Of a stretch of 64,000 bases of DNA, positions 63,721-64,000 are shown one piece after another. A model generated the notes under the pieces. The model did no database searches. It saw nothing but the letters and a program-made list of their open reading frames with translations, and had not been told where the DNA came from. The stretch covers positions 54,206-118,205 of the forward strand of contig CAYYVW010000002.1 of the NCBI GenBank assembly GCA_964473925.1, given 5' to 3'. Positions within the stretch are counted from its first letter, which is position 1. Each line of letters begins with the position of its first letter. Both the position numbers and the translations under genes were made by a program. Source of the stretch: an uncultured Verrucomicrobiaceae bacterium (GTDB lineage Bacteria; Verrucomicrobiota; Verrucomicrobiia; Methylacidiphilales; CAYYVW01).

Positions 63721-63794
63721 GCGCCCGTAGCTCAATTGGATAGAGCGTTGGCCTCCGAAGCCAAAGGTTGTGAGTTCGACCCTCGCCGGGCGCA
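63721..63794 (+). tRNA. tRNA-Arg (anticodon CCG)
   Basis: Hand-folded: acceptor gcgcccg/cgggcgc, anticodon arm ttggc-ct-CCG-aa-gccaa, T arm gtgag-ttcgacc-ctcgc. Confidence 0.9.
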
Positions 63795-64000
63795 GGTTCA
63801 GATCCTCATCGGAGGGGTGGCCTTCCGCGCTAGGACGGATGTTTTTACCGCTTTGTTCGTAAGCATAAGACGCTTATAACCAGATAGTTATGCGAATATA
63901 AAGCGACCTTCATATTAATGTGGTATTTTGTTTCAAGGAAGCGGGCCAGGAATATCAGCAGAATTCCTGCCCAGTTCCCCGACTTTTATGAACGCTGAAA

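Noticed and set aside
1-64000. CRISPR arrays, rRNA genes, IS elements, transposases, integrases, obvious toxin-antitoxin pairs or known phage-defence genes
   Set aside because: I looked for regularly spaced direct repeats and for the characteristic protein motifs in the six-frame track and found none.

Overview
High-G+C bacterial chromosomal fragment. I call about 75 protein-coding genes and 3 tRNAs (Asn-GTT, Gln-TTG, Arg-CCG). I saw no rRNA, CRISPR array, transposase or integrase. Many long ORFs in the track are alternate-frame or antisense artefacts of the G+C content, and I trimmed several starts to internal ATG/GTG codons checked against the sequence.

Left to right:
- glgA (truncated at the edge) and a DsrE-like gene.
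- A same-strand block rpmB-rpsR-dksA-like-metal ABC permease-ATPase, with the cognate ZnuA/TroA-type binding protein further upstream. This may be a zinc-economy locus.
- Housekeeping genes: fba, jag/khpB, gmd, fcl, pckG, phhB, an ABC exporter, dnaN-recF without dnaA, and cspA.
- A hybrid histidine kinase.
- A lower-G+C four-gene cassette (beta-barrel-like protein, periplasmic HMA protein, MerT-like CC-motif membrane protein, CsoR-type C-H-C repressor). It has its own sigma70-like promoter overlapped by a CsoR-type palindrome and is bracketed by 66-bp direct repeats.
- A VOC/DUF1428/ADH/cupin group.
- A type III PKS-methyltransferase-flavoprotein operon in srsABC-like order.
- iscX, ridA and pyrE, then two tandem orphan LivJ-type binding lipoproteins and a LysE exporter.
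- A 12-kb Tad/Cpa type IVc pilus locus (cpaB, oversized cpaC secretin, cpaE, proline-rich cpaF, tadB, tadC, two tadE, vWA tadG) with no Flp pilin or prepilin peptidase gene visible.
- ubiE/menG, an AraC regulator, an amidase, an ornithine cyclodeaminase-family gene and ctp.
- A compact MBL-gspE-gspE-gspF operon.
- A Dpm1-like GT2, then two paralogous small Cys-containing membrane proteins between tRNA-Gln and tRNA-Arg.

Non-genic structure:
- A dispersed GTCATCCCGAGC...GTCGAGGGAYC inverted-repeat (MITE-like) family at three loci.
- Two in-frame hexanucleotide microsatellites.
- A recurrent GCTCTCTTTTAT leader immediately before start codons.

The strongest candidates for something new are the CsoR-controlled trans-envelope cassette, the pilin-less Tad locus, the tandem-ATPase E-E-F module and the PKS operon. 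All functional calls come from my reading of the translations and motifs. No database search was run.
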